Below are positions 56,850 through 64,000 of a stretch of 64,000 nt of DNA, one piece after another. The number at the start of each line of letters is the position of its first letter. Within the stretch, counting starts at the first letter, position 1. Source of the DNA: the human T2T-CHM13v2.0 reference genome, Homo sapiens. Where the stretch lies: NCBI RefSeq assembly GCF_009914755.1, contig NC_060925.1; one strand, written 5' to 3'. The notes under the pieces were generated by a model. It worked only from the letters and a program-made list of their open reading frames with translations. It was not told the DNA's origin and did not search any database. The position numbers were made by a program, and so were the translations under genes.

Positions 56850-57640
56850 TTTCTAGACCAGCTTGAATAATACTGCAAGTAACAACTTACCTCCTTTACA
56901 AGACATTCCATTCCATTATAGAGCTGTTCCAATTATTAGTAATTTCTTTTTGAATTGTGTAAACACATAGGCAAAAAGTTCGTATAACTTAACTTTTGAA
57001 AGACATATCTTCAATTGCCTGGCAACCTTTGTGTTCTCTACACTTCATTTTACAATAAAACAAACCCATTTTCTTTATTTGACCCAAAAAGGTATGGTTT
57101 TTAGGTGTTTTAAAATTTAGATTGTGAAGGCCAGTGCTTGACTTACAAACTGGCCCTTCTGGATTAGACACCACTTTTCTTTTCCATTCTTATCTTGGGG
57201 TGTCCTTGTCTCTTCTACCCTACATTCTAGTCCATCTGTCATTTCAGTCTCCTCTGAATGCCATTGATTTTGCCTAGAATGTCCACCTTTTCATTATTTT
57301 CTTGGTGAACTCTTATTTATCACTCAATATTCATGTCAAATATTACTATTCCTGTGCCTCAAAGCAGCTTTGGCTACACCTCCTCTGCACTACCAGTACT
57401 TCTTTTATATTAATACGGCACTTCACTTTATCTTTCCCAGTAGAATAAACTTCAAAAGGACAGGAATCTTACTAATCTTTTAATTTTCACTGCTTAGTAT
57501 GATTTGTCATGTAGAATCCAATAAACATTGTTTAAATACATGTTTGCTTGTCTAAATGTGATACCCCAAACTGGACAAAATACTTTACTGCAGAGTAAAG
57601 TAGGAGCATCACATTATTAGATCTGAATTCTGTATGTCTA
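56850..57640 (-). mobile_element. CR1/L3 fragments interleaved with an L2 3' end
   Basis: cattccattatagagctgttccaattattagtaatttcttt and gataccccaaactggacaaaatact are CR1-like; L2-like sequence at ~57240-57545. Confidence 0.45.
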
Positions 57641-57849
57641 CCAAGGTGCTTGTTTTGTTACTTTGTTGTTTGCTTCTTTGTTTCCGAGGTGGCTCCAGTT
57701 TACTCATGTTGTCCTTATATACAACTGCATTTCCTGTTGTTTTTCACCAGAATTGCAGCTCAGCCAAATCTCCATTCTAAGTTCCTAACAATAGAAACTG
57801 ACTCTGGATAAATTTCGTCCCAAAATAAAAGTGGTTGTTGAAATGTGTT

Positions 57850-59925
<2,076 letters not shown>

Positions 59926-62180
59926 ATTGTGTGGGGATGAAAAGTTGATGGAAATGGCCTTTGATTGTTGGGATTTTCTCAATGATGTAGAAATAAAGGT
60001 AATCTACTGAGACTGGAGTAGGACTCTTGAGGAGTTCCTTTTTTCATAATTTTTATATGTGGTGGTGTTGAATTTTCTTCCATTATCCACCCCTTAAATT
60101 GTGATATTTGCCAAAGTTTACACTCACCCTATACAGATTAACCTAGTGGTATGTGGAGTTGCCTTCATCCCAGTGTGTAATGTATCCTGTTGTGACTATA
60201 TAGGCTTCACCTCTTTCAATTGACAGCAAATTTAGAGAAAATACTTATGTCTTACTTCCATCCTTTGTCTATAAATGATCTTTGATCAGTGTTTGCTGAA
60301 TGAAGAAAGGATTTTTTTTTAATTTAATCTCTTTACTCTGGTTTACCTTGAAGGGTTATATAATTGACATATTTAGAGTGCAAGGCAAAGTAGAGGTGGA
60401 AAAATGGAGTGCACTTTTGTAATACCTCACTCTTGAATTTTTACATGAATTTAATGTATGTCCCTTCATTTCTCAGTATTTCATCAGTAGGCCTCTATGC
60501 TCTGGTGTGGACATCTTATATTGCATATGCTGATGTGTTCATGCAATATCATGCACACTTGAAAGTTGAACAAATCTACTATGAAGAAGACTAAGGGCTT
60601 AATTCTTCTTCTCCTGAATCCATAACTGGGCCTATGTGAAGCTGCTTGGAGAGGGAGGCAAGAGACACAACACCCCAACCCCTCCTAGACTGGCAGGGGC
60701 AGACACACTTCTGTAAATGGCCAGTCTATTCTTGTGACTCACCAAAGCAGCAGAGGGCAGGATGCTGCTCTGACATTTGCTTAGCCATGGGTGATGACCA
60801 CACCCTCCCTGCTTTACCATTTCTACTTTTATTTATGAGAGAAATGTTGTGGTTGGCAGGCCTTTGTGGGCTGCCCAGTGTGATTAAGCAGTTCTGGGTT
60901 AGAAGAGGACATAATTCTTGGGTACAGAGGCCTGGAGAGGAAAGATGTTTGCTTGGCTCTGAGGCTGTGTCAAGCAATTAGCACACCTTGTGGGGCTGGA
61001 AAGGGGCTGTAGGACAGGATGTTTTCTGTATCTTCAGAATACTTATTTTAGGTCCTCACCAAAAGGAACTTTACATCTACTTGGAAAGGAGTGGAAGAAT
61101 ACTGGGAGTAGCAGCTGACTCTCTTCATTGACTCTGGTGCATGGATTTTATATTTCCTTACATGGTTTGTCTTCCACCTTAATTTGGAAGACCGTAGGAC
61201 CACATCTATAAAGGCAGTGTTACTATTCAGCAGTTATGCTTGAAAAGAGTGACGTGAAGGCCGGCACCTGTTCTAATTTATAGGTGCCTGTACAGTCCCT
61301 GGATGTTCCGTATTAAAACTACCAGACTTGGATAAAAAGAATCTCTAGGCAGAGGGATGCTTCAGTTTACACTCGTAAAAATATCTAATGGTTATCATTT
61401 AAAGGGTAATCTATTATGTGCCAGGCACTGTTCGACACATTTTATACACACTTGATTTTGGCAATATCTTTGAGAGATAGGTGTTATTATCCATATTTAG
61501 CAGATACATACTGAGCCTCAGAATGATTCAGTGATGTGATTAAAGTCACAATATTCGTAAATAAATAGAGAAGCAATTCAAATCAGGTTTGTTTAATTCT
61601 AAAGTCCACTCCTTTTCCACTTACTGAGCCCTGCAAACAGCCTCGGAGAGGAAAAGTAGCATTGAATAGGCAATAGAAATCCTGAAGGTTGGGTGGGTGG
61701 ATGAAAATGGGTCATTTTCTTTGCAAAACTCTCCTCCCTCTTCTTCTCAACCTTTGCATTAAGGAATATTGGGGCAGGGCAGAGAAAAAAAGGGGATCAT
61801 AGGCTGATATCCATTTGAATTTCTCAGGGCCTCATTGATCAAACTGGAAAGGGTGCTCTGTCTCATTTTCTCCCCACTTATTCTCCTGTTTAACTTGCTG
61901 GAACTTTAACATTTTGACCAAGAATATTCTCAAATCTCTGTGTCTTTGGAACTGTCCTACAAAAAGTTTAAAGTCATGCAGCACTAGTGTAGATATGAGA
62001 GGCAATGAAAAAGACTGAAGGGGGAAACAAAACAAAAGGCTTTTCACCTCAGGCAATTTTTTTTTCTTATGGAATTGTCCATTAGCTGCCAAGTATCTCC
62101 TGAATGTAACAGCTGTGTTCTTCTTGAATATATGCAGAGATGATTGGGAAGCTTAATTTTTTTAAGCTGAGAGTTGCTTA

Positions 62181-62545
<365 letters not shown>

Positions 62546-63284
62546 AAAAGTGCTGATATAGTGAAGGGTCTGAGGTTTTATTTTACTTAATATTAATACA
62601 TGTACTAGGAGTTACAGCCCCAGGTTGATGAGGATTAGGACATCTGGTTTTCATTCCAGAATCACACACACTGTTGCTGTCATTCCTGTCACTGCCGTTA
62701 GTTAAAAGGGTAGACATATGACTAAGGCACTGGGGCAATAGAACCATGGTTAGGAGCTGGACTGCCTGGGAACAATTTTCACATGTTCCTCACACTAGTT
62801 ATGGGGCCTTGGGCAAGTTACTGGAATTCACTGTATCTTGGTTTCTTCATCTGCAAAGATACTATTTTAAATAGGCTAATATATACATTGCACGTATAAA
62901 GTATCCCTATATAAAGCTTATTATTTTTTATTACACAAAATGGGATGACACTCTCTAGAAATGTAACTTAGTTAACCAAATGAAAGCTCAGACTTTCTCC
63001 TGTCCCTCACAGGAGAGTTCTAGAAGGAGAATTTCCTGATGAGGAGGAGTTCTGTGGTCCATGGATCTAACTCTTCACTGTGACATTTACCTTCCTTTTG
63101 GAGTTCCCCCTGATTGACTGTCAGCTGCATCTCACTGGCATCAGGAGACACTGCTTTTTTGATAATATTCTAAAACCCAGGCATGGGGACGAATGAGGGT
63201 GCTATTAACTCAAGCTGAAATGGGGGTGCTACTACAACTACAATTAGATTTTACCAGTAGCTCCTGGCCAGAAGAGATACATAG

Positions 63285-63616
63285 GTAGTATGCTACCAAT
63301 TTCTACTAGACACCTGTGGCTACTACTGAACACTTGAAATATGGCTAGTCTGAATAAAGACGTGCTATCAAAGACATAAAATTGTAACATATCCCATTCA
63401 CTGTTTGGTTGAATTTCAAAGACAGAAATGTAACAAATCCTATTAATTGTTATAATGATTACATTTAGAAAGGACAGTATTTTTTATTTATTTGGTTAAA
63501 TAAAATATATTATTGAAATTAATTTTTATCTTTTTTAATGCGGATGCTAGCAAATTTAAAATTACACTTGTGGCTCACATTTATGACTCACATTACATTT
63601 CTGTTGGACAGCACTG
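63285..63616. mobile_element. MER33-type hAT-Charlie element
   Basis: gaacacttgaaatatggctagtctgaat...ggttaaataaaatatattattgaaattaa...tttctgttggacagcactg. Confidence 0.8.
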
Positions 63617-64000
63617 ATACAGATATATAGCTTGCTCTTCTTGTTTGCTGGCCTCTTTGTTTTTCTGTGATTTCTTTGTTTCTTTTCTTCCAAGCTTGTT
63701 GTCTCCCACCATGTGATGGCCAACAGAAAACCCATTACCCACATTTCTATTTCTTGACTGCCTTGAGGTCAAGACTAGGAGAGTGTCAGAGTTAACTCTT
63801 TATCCTGCAGGAAATGTGCACCAAAACCAAACTTAGCACTTAGATTAAGATCTGTTCATTGTGCACAGAATTGTATTCTTACTCATGCCATCCTCACTGG
63901 AACCACCACATTTCAATATAACAAAAGTAACTCTGATATTTGTAGAATAAAAAATGATCATAAAAGTTACTCCTGTGTTAGTCATCTTTCCATTTATATA

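Overview
Primate, almost certainly human, genomic DNA: AT-rich and dense in Alu, L1, L2, MIR, MaLR-LTR and DNA-transposon relics. I find no intact protein-coding gene; the listed ORFs are explained by a CpG island, Alus, L1 ORF2 remnants, microsatellites or chance. Main landmarks: (1) a ~1 kb CpG island (3354-4335) followed by a consensus + strand splice donor (AAG|GTAAGT at 4411/4412), consistent with a non-coding first exon; (2) a near-full-CDS, disabled NFU1 processed pseudogene (~26631-27587), absent from the ORF track, which splits an MLT1 LTR; (3) a twin-primed, 5'-inverted L1PA2-like insertion with TSDs (58514-59925); (4) a 32-bp L1 3'-tip insertion with a perfect TSD (26372-26423); (5) ten Alus plus a FLAM. 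From recall, not a search, an NFU1 pseudogene downstream of such an island fits human 1p21.3 just upstream of MIR137HG (NFU1P2/LINC01930 interval, schizophrenia GWAS locus). The most unusual patterns are an inverted pair of compound microsatellites bracketing the island, an extended CTCF site, a three-layer nested inverted-repeat block at 39.8-46.7 kb, and ~100 bp of extra sequence in the NFU1 retrocopy near an exon junction. I see no convincing evidence of a new multi-gene system. Repeat subfamily calls are by eye and old-repeat boundaries are approximate.
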